From: Marsupella aquatica
Lineage: Eukaryota; Plantae; Marchantiophyta
Direction of reading: 5' to 3'
NCBI GenBank assembly: GCA_973895155.1
Contig: OZ316891.1
Coordinates: forward strand, 20,472,169 to 20,536,168
Length of the DNA stretch: 64,000 nucleotides
Shown here: one piece after another, positions 14,029-24,911 of the stretch
Layout of the letters: each line of letters begins with the position of its first letter
Numbering within the stretch: the first letter of the stretch is position 1
Program-made: the position numbers and the translations under genes
Notes under the pieces: generated by a model
What the model was told of the DNA's origin: nothing
The model's input: the letters and a program-made list of their open reading frames with translations, nothing else
Database searches by the model: none

Positions 14029-15563
14029 GTAAGAAGAAGCCGCTGATGCTCTCTCCTGGTGGGCTCCCCACCCACCACTGCTACTGCTACCACTTCTACT
14101 ACTTCTACTACTGCCGTGAGGCCTGAGTCGTGTTGCAACATCGATCCTTCCTGCCTTGCGTCCGTCCGTCCTACAAGAACGAGAGAGAATCTATGGTTTC
14201 TCTCCTCCTGCCTGCGTCACTCGTCCCCTCTGCTTCCCCACCAGTCTGGCTCTCCCCAGTATAGATAGATAGACAGATAGGTAGGTACGGAGTCACTTGT
14301 CCTCGCAACGTGTGTGACGAGCTAGCTAGTGAGTGGAATCGAGCGGAGTCGAGTCGAGTGGAGTCGAGACGAGTCTACCGAGACAAATATTTTCTTTAGT
14401 TGTGGTGCAGTGTCGGTCTTCTTCCAGAGTCTGTGTTGCTCGCCATTTTGGCTTTTGGGTGGTGCGGGGTGCTCTTGTCGGTCTCCGATAGAGCTTCCTC
14501 GCCTCTTCCGCCTGCTGCTGCAGGCTTGGCCTAGCTGGCTCTGCATGTTGTTTTACCCGCCTCGCCTTGCCTCCCATCTCGTCTCGGTTATCGAGAGAGT
14601 TCTCCCAATCCTTCTCTTCCTTTCTCTCTTCGTCGCTCTCGATTGGCTGAGGATTCGATCTTGCGCACTGCTGCGCTCCCGCTCTTTTTCTTCCGCTCCT
14701 GCCTGTGAGCTGCGAGTCTTTGGTGGAACGGGGCTTGTTCGTGTAGAGGCTTGTTTCAGTGCTGATTGTGGGATTTTCGTCGAGTTTGGAGCTGTGGCCG
14801 TCGTGTGCGCTCGACAGCTCTGGTTTCCGAAGTTTCAACGAAACGTGAGTGGATGGATGGATGCTTAACACAGGGGCCTTGTGTCGAGTCTTGGGTTTTC
14901 GGGAGGTCGTGGATGCAGTTTGTGAGTGTGGGTTTGGGTGCGCTGACATTCTCATGCGCTCTCAGCATTGAAAATGTATTCTGTTGAAATCGTGGTTGCC
15001 GTGTGCACTACGATACTTCTCCGGAAGTCTTAGTTCTTCTCCTGCTTGAACGCCCGGTCGTTTCGACCGGGCTGAATCTTTTACCTTCTTGACCGGGGTT
15101 CTCTCGAGTATCTCATCCAGAGTGCTTGATTTTCGTCGAAAAAACCGCCTCCCCTGCTGTTCCGCTGGTTTCTCCCAGTCCCGTCAGTTAGTATTCTGAC
15201 AACATTCGCATTTGGGTCGTCGACGGTTCTTTGGGTCATCTCTCCGGCAGAGTTGAAAATATCCACCTCGGTGGGTGTTGCTGTGTGCTATCTAGTGCTT
15301 TGGATTCGGGTGGTAATGAAACGGGCCTTTAGGAGGGAGATGTACTTTCCCATGTCTGGGTTTTTTCTCTTCAGGGAGGCCTTGTTGATCAAGCTCAGGC
15401 GAAGATTTTTGAGTCTTGTGTCTGGTTTTTGTCATTACCTCAGGTTGCTCACATGCTTTGTTATGCTTGCAGGATTCGTGAGATCTCCGGCTTCCTTAAT
15501 GCGAATTTTTTCCTTCGGCCGGGACGACGAGCTGCTTCTGTGGCTCTTTACCTACGTACGTAA
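13934..15563 (+). promoter_or_regulatory. Intron-spanning conserved-peptide-like uORF of the CRF gene (no in-frame AUG)
   Basis: Joining 14028 to 15473 gives a 61-codon stop-to-stop frame ending FEVCASASFR|RIREISGFLNANFFLRPGRRAASVALYLRT*, with TAA at 15561-15563, 50 nt before the main ATG. From memory it resembles the CPuORF of angiosperm CRF10/11/12-type ERFs; not verified by alignment. Confidence 0.6.
14029..15472 (+). other. Predicted 5'-leader intron (1444 nt) of the CRF gene
   Basis: Donor AG|GTAAGA at 14029; branch-like GCTCAC at about 15447; acceptor TTGCAG ending 15472. Confidence 0.7.
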
Positions 15564-15613
15564 GTCTCGAGATCTCGATCCGGGATCCCACGTGACGATA
15601 TTGTGTCGACAAG

Positions 15614-17368
15614 ATGCCGGGCCCTCAAACTTTTCCGAAATGTAGTAGTCCCCGTCCGAAACCACTGACGAAGATATGTCATAAGTCAGTGAAGAGGGAT
15701 TACTTGACCGACTCAGATGATGACTGGTACATTCCCAAAACCCAAGGGTGTCCGAAGAGGGTGAGGGTCATTTGCACGGACCCTGATGCCACCGACTCGT
15801 CCAGCGATGAGGAAAGCAACTTTCGCACTACCCACATAGTGAAAAATCCATACAGGAGGCATGTCCTTGAGATCGACATTCAGGGGGATTGCTCACCTTC
15901 TTCTTCTGACAGCGAAGATGACACCAGCTACCAAAGTTCGCATTTCAATGCCAGGGAAATGCAATGTGGGTTCAACTGTGCCAGCACGCCAGAGACCCTT
16001 CTCGAGCCTTCATCCAAACCATCGCAGAGTGGGTGGTATCCGAAAAAGAAGGTCGAAAAGACATCAGCCAAAAAGGTAATGAAGGCAACGAAGAGGAAGA
16101 CAGAGGTGAAGGACGTTGATAAGAAAGATGTTCCTAAAGTTTGCACAAAGAATAGTGTTCCGAAAGCGAATGCTAAAGTGAAAGCTGCTTCTGAGGATGG
16201 AAAGACCCACAAGTACAGGGGTGTGCGTCAAAGGCCGTGGGGAAAGTGGGCTGCCGAGATTAGGGACCCTTCGAAGGGAGTACGACTTTGGTTGGGCACT
16301 TACGACACAGCCGAAGAAGCTGCGCAAGCTTACGACAAGGCTGCAAGGAACATTCGGGGCCCCCAAGCCCACACCAACTTCGCTGGGCGAGCTAACGATG
16401 TCCAGGAGGAGGTCATGTCACCGCGCCCCGTTAAGACTGCGGCCAAGTCTGTAGTATCGTCTGCAGTCACCTCATCGGCAGATGTTGTAGACTTCAAGTT
16501 CGAGGTGGTATCTGAGTCCGAAGCCCTTCATGCAGCTGAGGATTCAGCTGAAGGTGACATCGCTGAGCTTGATGAGACAACGGAGGATGGTAGCGATAAT
16601 GTATGTCTGCCAGTGACAAGCAGCTCTGCTGAGCTGACTTCTCAAGGATCTTTCGGCTCGGTCATCGAGTTCGACACTTCTGAATCCGACGACGCTTCCG
16701 GTCACGAGTTGAGCTCGCAAGATTTCAACCACTCAGTTGGTGCAAGCACCGGCGAGGATTGCGGATTTTTCGTCTGCTCTCCTTCCTCTGTATTGGATAC
16801 TTGTCCGACTCCCACGTCTGAATGTTCGCCTGGTCGTCTTTCGAGTGAGGGCGCATGCCCTGCAATCGACCCAAAGGTGGAACCCTCCGATTCAACTGTC
16901 TTTGCTGATGAGATGGGCTACGAGCTGGACACGGAGGAATGCGAATCACAGTTTGGATCGGAAGGATGTTCAGAAATAGAAGAAAATCCGTGTTTGCTTC
17001 GAGTTACTGATTCAGATTATGCAACCGAATCCAATCCTTGCCTACTCTCAACTTTGGGGCAAGAGGTGGATTATACATCCGAGTCGGATCTGACATTTTC
17101 CAGGGCCTCTGAAACAGTGGAGGACCCGAACAGTTTTGTGAACTCTTTTTATTCTGAATCTGAGGGACAGGACGAATTTGTGTTCGACTTCCCACTCTCT
17201 GACGATGCGAGCGCCTTCGATCTGTCAGGGTTTGATCTTATCGGCGATAATGACGAAGATCTGAATGGATTATTTTTCAATGAGGCTGACACGACTTGGA
17301 TGTCCTCTCTTACAGACATCTCCAGTTCTGTCGACATCCCAGTTTCGGCAGACATTTCTGTGTCGTGA
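15614..17368 (+). CDS. CRF: AP2/ERF transcription factor, Cytokinin Response Factor (CRF) type, 584 aa, intronless CDS
   Basis: CRF domain ([20 protein letters not shown]), canonical AP2 domain ([20 protein letters not shown]...[19 protein letters not shown]...TNF), SPSSVL motif and a long acidic C-terminus. Confidence 0.95.
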   Translation: MPGPQTFPKCSSPRPKPLTKICHKSVKRDYLTDSDDDWYIPKTQGCPKRVRVICTDPDATDSSSDEESNFRTTHIVKNPYRRHVLEIDIQGDCSPSSSDSEDDTSYQSSHFNAREMQCGFNCASTPETLLEPSSKPSQSGWYPKKKVEKTSAKKVMKATKRKTEVKDVDKKDVPKVCTKNSVPKANAKVKAASEDGKTHKYRGVRQRPWGKWAAEIRDPSKGVRLWLGTYDTAEEAAQAYDKAARNIRGPQAHTNFAGRANDVQEEVMSPRPVKTAAKSVVSSAVTSSADVVDFKFEVVSESEALHAAEDSAEGDIAELDETTEDGSDNVCLPVTSSSAELTSQGSFGSVIEFDTSESDDASGHELSSQDFNHSVGASTGEDCGFFVCSPSSVLDTCPTPTSECSPGRLSSEGACPAIDPKVEPSDSTVFADEMGYELDTEECESQFGSEGCSEIEENPCLLRVTDSDYATESNPCLLSTLGQEVDYTSESDLTFSRASETVEDPNSFVNSFYSESEGQDEFVFDFPLSDDASAFDLSGFDLIGDNDEDLNGLFFNEADTTWMSSLTDISSSVDIPVSADISVS

Positions 17369-19316
17369 TTCCCTGCACGATAGGAGCTTATCACCTACCT
17401 CAGCCGCCAATTTTCCAGCATTCGGAGCTGGCTCGTCTGTGATGTTCTTCATGGAATGTGTGCCACGATTTCCCATCTTCATGTATATGTTGTAGCGATC
17501 GGGAGGTCTGGATATTATACCTTCGGCTTATTTGTGTAGTACATATGTACCCTCGTCAGGGACATGAGATAGTAGAGGGTCTTGTTCGTCAGTATACATG
17601 TTTACCCATAGAGTTGCTAGTGCTGTGGCCCTTATTAATAATTTAATGATAGTTGTGGCGCAAAAATTTTAGCACCAGCTCTATGCACGAACATATTTAG
17701 AGATTTGATTTTCCAGTAGATAAGAGATCCAATAGAGCTGGCATTTCTCCGGTGTTCCTCACATAGCTAGGTCGTCAACGTTACTTCATGTTCCAAGAGT
17801 TCCGATCCACTACCACATTAGTTCATTCTTTATCACTTGGTCCTTCACTCCGAACCTGAGCTGAAATAACAGCCCAGAGTAGGCCAAACCAGTTTTGCCG
17901 AGCTACCATCCTTTTTGTAAAACGATTTTAAGTACCCGGTGGAATGACCACTGTATTAGCTTGCGGTGTTACTAGTAGTCCATTGCCCCTATTTGTAGTC
18001 TGGGGCGATATAAGAGACCGGTTGCGCGGAATAACTTGATCGTAACTGCGGAGCCGGCTGGCAATCTAATGATGTACCTTTCGTACTTATATACCATGGT
18101 TTTCGTGACATAATCTACACTACGAAGTGAATTGTCGGCTTCCAATCTCGGAAATATGCTATTGACTTCTAATCTGGCATATCGTTGTCTCATTTCTTCC
18201 TAGTGCTTAGTCTATGGAACTGGCAACTACGTTGATACTTCTGCACCCTTTCTACTGGTTTTGCATCTGGCACATCGTTGTCTGATATCTTCCTAGCAGA
18301 ACGTGTAAGATTGGAATCGTTCTTTGCACATCATTGTGATCGCTTTGATAGTCCACTTTGTGTTGATGTTACTGCACCTCAAAGTCTGTCTATCTGCTTT
18401 GAATCTAGCACCTCGTTGCATGGTCTCTCGGCAGAATGTCTGAATTTTGGAATTCTGAATCTTTGTGAACTGATTTCTCTGCACATCGTTTGCTCTTGTC
18501 AACTATATATCTGTGACATTGTGAACCTCAATTTTTTTAGCAAGCTGTCTGAGCTGGAAATTGTCATGTAGTCTTGACACCACCCCTGCCTTCCGGTTTC
18601 TGTAATTTATTAGTTGTGCTGCCACTTTACGACGGAACTGTTTGTTCAATACGTTCGGACAGAGACTGAACTGTGATGGATCCGAATCTTGGCTCGAGCC
18701 ACAAGACGATAAAACTGGTATCGAAAATACTGTAGGTGCATCGTGGATTTGGAACGGCATATTGGACATGTCCTATCAGGTGATTTTTATACTTTTATAG
18801 TTGGCGGTTATTTACTGTTCCTTCGTCACTTTCCCCCCAAAGTCCCAAACTGTGACCTCCAGACTCCTGAATGTCTACTCATCGCGTCCCTCTGGACATT
18901 GACCTCTCGACTCCCGAACGTTTACTGTTGTATAGCATGCCGACCGAACGCTGATGGTCAGCTCCCCCAAGATAAAGACACAGGAGTTTTGGAAAGAAGC
19001 ATTAAATTCTCATCGTCGTTGCCTTTCGTGGGTGGGTATGATCACGCTTAGAGATCGTAATCTCCGCATTCTAATCGTGTTTGCTCTTGTGGATAAATTT
19101 TATATGCTGTCAAAGCGTATCATAGGAAGCAGGTGAAGGCTCGCCTCACCATAGCCGTTGATTTCCCTTTTTCAGGGGCTTCGTTATCTTGGGGTGCAAG
19201 CCTGGACGGGCCACGGTTTGCCACGATGGCTTGGCGCCCCTTAGACAAAGGGTCGGGTGGGTTGCTGCGACGTGTGCTTGGGGTCCAGATTCTAGGAAAA
19301 CCCTGTGAGGTGGAGT

Positions 19317-19612
19317 AATGGCCTTATCCAACAAGTATATGCACAGGCCTATCTCAACACTGGATACCCCCTCCATTGCAGTTTCCTGATGTCGTGATGG
19401 GTATTGCGCTAGATTTGATCTTCTTTGCAGTGGCGGCTGCACGCTACATAGCCAAGTCTGTGAGAGATAGGTGAGGTAAAGTTATGGCCTTATCCTAGAA
19501 GTATATGCACAGGCGTATCTTGACAATGGATTCCCCATCGCAGTATGGAGTATGGATTCCTCATTGCAATTTGCTGATGGGTGCACTGCATTGGTTTTGA
19601 TCTTTGCAGTGG
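19317..19612. repeat. Local direct duplication of about 120 bp
   Basis: ATGGCCTTATCC..AAGTATATGCACAGGC.TATCT...TTTGATCT..TTTGCAGTGG occurs at about 19318 and 19484. Confidence 0.7.
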
Positions 19613-20540
19613 TGTCTCCACTAAAAACTGAGCCATGTCCAGGGTGAACTGGGGTACTCGTGTCATATCGCATGTTTTTGTCTGCGTAGCTTGGGCAAGA
19701 TTTGACGAGCCTGATCGTTCTGTTCTTATTTAGATATGGTATCCACCATCATGGAGCTCACATGTTTCAGTCCCCCTCCGCTCTTGTGATTTGTGAATCG
19801 GTGGCGAACTCTTTACCTCCTATCGACTCTGCACGATTATGTTGCTTTTCTGGAAACCATATCCACGAGACCTCTCCTGTATTTTGTATCTTGTCATGCA
19901 ACATTCGCCTGACGCATCTTGCACCTGGCTTAGGGAGTTTCCGTGCAATTGTTGTACTTTTCATGTCTAGCAGCTCGCACCTTGCCCATGAGGAGCTTGT
20001 CAGGGCACAATCATACCTCTCACAGTCCTCTACTACGTCTTGAATTCTCCAGGAGGAAAATACCTGCTGGGTGCCTTCGCCAGCAAGGCATCTTCCCGCA
20101 ATCTCTACCAAGTGAAAGTACATTACACCTTTTGTGCGTCCCCTGCTGCTTACTCTTCGTTCCCACTTGTTTCCTATCACTCTTGCACAGCCTCCTTTCT
20201 GGGGAAAAACAAATCGCTCTTTACCTCTCTCAAGGTAGCTTCAACTCGATCATTCTCTACGGTGAGCTCAGCAGTGTTTTCTCTGGGTGTGTGCTGAGCA
20301 TTCCCCACCTTGCAAGGAATCTGATTTCTTGCAATCTTACCTTTCGGCATGGATGCTTGCTGTTGAAGACTTCTCACTGTCGTGAGTCTTCTTCTTCAAT
20401 CTAGCAGAGAGACTTGTCAACCTTCACCTTTTCGTTCTCATCAACCTCGTCAACACTCAATCTTCTCTGGCTCCTCCTTCTCTGCACACTCTCTATGAAT
20501 TTCAGACATGGTCGTCCGTCACTCCGAGACGGGGATACTG

Positions 20541-21120
20541 CAATCCTATGCTCGTGTGATGCGCTGTCTTGCCCACATTCGAGGCATTCAGAACGTGCAA
20601 TCCCATGTCCTATGATGCACTCTTGCGCAAAATTACAGGCAATCAGATCGAGCAATCCCATCTCCTGTAATGCACTGGGCCCAAAATTAGAGGCAATCAG
20701 AACGAGCAATCCCATCTCGTGTGATGCACTCTCTTGCCCAAAATTAGAGGCAATCACAATGAGCGATAACCGGCCAAAACCCAGAAACAGGAACAGAATG
20801 CACACGAGACCATGAATCCCTTACTCAATTGGTGAAAAAAGCAAAAGGAAGGATGTAATCCCATTCTCTTGTGATGCACTCTCTTGCCCAAAAGTAAAGG
20901 CAATGAGAATGAGCCGATAAACGCCCAAAAGCAGAAACAGAAAGCACACGAGACCATGAATCCCTTATTCAATTGGTGTAAAAGGCAGAACATCCCATCC
21001 TCGTGTGATCTCAAAATTAAAGGCAATCAAATGAGCGAGGAACGCCCCAATACAGAAACGGGAGCAGAATGCACACGAGACCATGAATCCTTTATTCAAT
21101 TGATGAACAAAGCAAAGGGG
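20541..21120. repeat. Compound minisatellite (about 55-bp units, then about 140-bp units)
   Basis: Repeated CAATCCCATCTCGTGTGATGCACTCTCTTGCCCAAAATTAGAGGCAATCAG core; later units add GCACACGAGACCATGAATCC (three copies). Confidence 0.85.
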
Positions 21121-22906
21121 GAAACTTCTCCTGTTCTGACAATGGAAATAAAAGTACTCTTCCTGAGTTCCTGGGAAATCTACAGTAGAATAACAGTTTT
21201 GATTGATTGGAGGGTTCGAAAGGGCACTCTGACCAGCAATAACTCTGATCATTTCTTTTGATATCCGCATTGTGGAGCCGCCACTAACAATGCTGCAAGC
21301 GTTAGGATTGGAACGAGCGAGAGTGACTTCCATTGTGTCAAATTGAAAGTACCAAAGTACCACTTTATGAAGCCACACGACTCAGAGGAGATAACTTACT
21401 CGACAAAGGCCGTCTGGCAAAATACTGGTGGCTCATATTAGTGGCTTTTGCAAAATTGGTTTTGAGAAGGGCCTTTTCAGTGGCTCTTACACGGTAAGTT
21501 TCGAGGAGGCCCCTTTTTAGACCCATATGTGCCCATCTCTTAGGGCTGTCTTGCATGTGCAAGAGTCCTCCTGAAAAATGCAACCCTTAGCAGCCCACAG
21601 ATGTCAGGAAAAAGTGTGGACCCAGGATCTAAACACAATCAAGAACACCTTATGTGTGAAGTGCTTATTGAGTCGGGGATCTACTGCCATTTTGTTTTAT
21701 TCAAAGTTCAAAGTCCGGGACCTCAAGGGCCAGAAAATTACCGACCCTTGCCCTTGCATATCGTCCAAAGACGCCATCAGGACTGCCGGCTTGTCGCTTC
21801 ATTTAGAGATGCCACGGGTTCATTTGAGGGCCAAAAATCAAAGGACCTTGCACATGCAAGATGGCCCTTACCCACATTTCTCGATCTTCCAAATCTTCTC
21901 ATTGGCAGCCTAAAACATGTGAAAGAAATGAACCTAAGTCCGGTTCAAACGTGACATTTTATTGGGGAGCGTACAAGAGTGGGTGTGGGTGTGTAGCGGG
22001 GAAGGTGTGTTTAATTCCTGGGTTGAGTGAGTATGTAAAGACAGCCCCTGGTTCAATCTCTGCATTCTTGTGGTACTGGGCCATGTGGTTGGGCTGAGGC
22101 TACCACTCAGCCCTCACTTGGGGCGTCTCGTTGGGTGTAGTTTTCCCTACATTTTTATCACTGTTTCCATGAAGAATGCCTTGACTGATCATCCGCATAA
22201 ACCCTGAATAAACCTATCCATAAACTTCCTTAACTAGAGATGACTCGTGCCCTTTTGTGTCAAAAGACGCACAAGAAAAAAGATCGGGCAACAAAGATTC
22301 TCATTTGATCAAAGTTGCACCAAAGTTTTTGCAAATGTTTATACGGCCCAAAATCTGGCCCTCACAAGTTTTGATTGCTTTTCTAATTTGACCTTGATTG
22401 ATGAACCAAAGTCCAATAATGAGTTAGGATGCTTAGAGCTCCTGTTACAAAGGGGGCTTTGGGTTCAAATATATGCAGAGGGGTTGGACTCTGAATCGAC
22501 AAAACTTTATACCAAGGATTGAAATTTTCAGTTTATTTTCCCAGGAACCTCATCAACCCTAATTAGCACAGCCCAAGCCCAACGCCAATTGGTTCTTCTT
22601 GAGCTCTTTAGAATCGTTTGAAGCGTCCTCTAAAACTTAGTACCAACTACCAAGGAGTCAAATTTTCAATTTATTTTTCTAGGGAACATGATTATCCCCA
22701 CCATAGTAACACAGCAGAAGCGCAACACCAGCAGTCTGGAGATTAGCAAGCGTGGTGCAGTAGGTGTGACCTGGATGGACAACATCAATGAATTGGTGTT
22801 GTTTGGTGGAATACAAGGGCGACAGCTGAGCTGAAGACCAGTAGTGTGACTGTTGGCATGGTTGGACGAGGTCATTGGGGGCACCCAAGTTTGAGGCGCA
22901 AGTAGT

Positions 22907-23074
22907 AGGGCATCTAAAATCTGAAGTGCCACAGAAAGATTTGCTGCCCGCAAGTGTGAGTTACAGGTTGGTCACAAGGGTAGGACAAGCTTTTGTAAGT
23001 CTGCCACTTTATTTTTGGGAAAACGTTTGTGAACGTGATTAAATGAGCCCAAACCCAGAGAGTTGAGACGCCCT
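22907..23074. mobile_element. Small TIR element (ANT-TSD family)
   Basis: AGGGCATCTAAA...GTTGAGACGCCCT flanked by AGT/AGT. Confidence 0.65.
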
Positions 23075-23163
23075 AGTGGAGTGTAATATATAAATATATC
23101 ACAGTGCCAAAAAGACATACAGGCAAATTGGGAGACAGGATCACACAGACAAAAAGACCCAAT

Positions 23164-23436
23164 TGGGGGTCTCAAATATGCACCCATGTTTTCCTTCCCC
23201 GGATAAAGGCCAGAGTCCAAAACAGGACCCCCAGATGAACTCAACATTTTTGGATGAAAGGTTTTTCAGTCCCTCAACAGCCAGGCTACAGTGGGGGAAG
23301 GCCATCTGGAATCGGAGAAATCCTCTGACATGTGAGTGGGGGCTAGGCTGAGGGAGCCCACACAATTTTTTTGCTGTGTCCCTGCCAAACCTAGACCCAG
23401 AATTAGACTCCATGCAGGCTGTATTTGAGACGCCCT
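23164..23436. mobile_element. Small TIR element (ANT-TSD family)
   Basis: TGGGGGTCTCAAA...TTTGAGACGCCCT flanked by AAT/AAT. Confidence 0.6.
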
Positions 23437-24911
23437 AATAAAGGGAGGGAAAAGGGACAGACCTTGAGAAGACCAAAGGGCCAAACAAGCCAAGGAGGAG
23501 TCCCTTACAACAACAACAACAACAGCTCTCCACAAAGAAGGGGAAAACTGAAAAGCCTCGTAGAGCTATGGAGCAAACAAGTGTAGTGGAGGGAAGTGGA
23601 AAGAGAGCACTACCATCTTCCCTTGAACACCACACCTGGGTGTTGTGTTTGAAAGTGGACTTTTTAGGATCTCCATAAGAAAAAAATACTTTTTCTTCAA
23701 ACACAATGTCATTTTAACACCGTGCCCGGGCATCATGTCCAAATATTGAGGCTTTGCTTGAGATTTTGACTCTAAAGTGTTCTGGATTGAACACAAAGTG
23801 TAGTGCTCTGGATTGAACACAACCAGTACAAAATTCATGAACCATATGACAATGTAAATATTCAAACACAAAATCAATATTTGAAAACAATGTACTGCAA
23901 GTCCAAAAAATCAAAAATCAAAACAGTACATTCTCTAATAGAATGCCCTGGGAACACTATTCTAATAGAGCGCCCCCATGGCCCAATCCAGCAGACGACA
24001 GAGGGCCGTCCTTGTGCTGTGGCTGGCTGTCATGGCGGCACTCATGACTAGTGCAATCAATCGTGTTGTACTGGGGATTGGGCTGCTGCCACTGCTGGTA
24101 CCATTCTTTTTTTGAGCTCGGAAATTCGACTTCAGTGCCAGTGCCAGTGCTGCTACACTAGTCCTGTCTAGAGCTGCGCATGCCTGGCCTGTGAGATGTG
24201 AGACAGAGAGAGGCAGGACCCGCATGAATGAGGCAGAAGAGTGGGAGAGAACGAACATCTTGCTCTGCTCTGTGGAATGGAATTGCTGCTGTTCTCCTCT
24301 AGGAAGAATCATGGCTCTCCTCTAGGACGTTCTGTCGACCGGTGATGAAGGAGGCGTGTTCTGCCTTTGCCTGCCGTTGTGACAGAGCTTCATGCGGTCT
24401 CATGATACCGGTCTTGATTTTGGATACGGCACTCGCAGGAACAGAGCGCTGCTGCTGCTGCTGTGCTCAGCCAGGTTGTCGATAGGCCAGTCAGCTGATT
24501 TGGCTAGGGTTAGAGTTGTCAATTTCGAGCCCAGTGTGCTCCGGGGACTGAATAGCAGAGAGCGGAGAGTCCAATCTTGTGGAAATTCATGGGCTGGTGA
24601 CAAAGGAGATCCCCTGCATTGACGGATTCTGTTCTGTAGCCCTCCGTTGGTCACTTGGGAGCTCATTGTAGTGACACTTCATTTAAATCTCGTTGTTGAG
24701 TTGGACGGCGTTTCAGCGGTGCATTGAGCAGGGATCAAGACGTGATGTTTCGATACTGTGCAAGCTGGTAGTATGCGAGGGCACAGGTCAGGCCAAAGTA
24801 TAAGGTGTTCAACCGTGAATTTGAAATTCTGGACTGATTACAGGGGCCTCGGAGTACTCTTCAGTTACTGTTATTAATGTGACAAATCCAATCGAGTACT
24901 GAGGAGCGAAA

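Noticed and set aside
12627-14987. Many overlapping 100-214 aa ORFs on both strands
   Set aside because: Expected in GC-rich promoter and leader-intron sequence; low complexity, many with non-ATG starts, no domains.
20541-21120. Repeat array as a CRISPR-like locus
   Set aside because: Eukaryotic context, degenerate units without unique equal-length spacers, and no cas genes; the same applies to 33686-34680.
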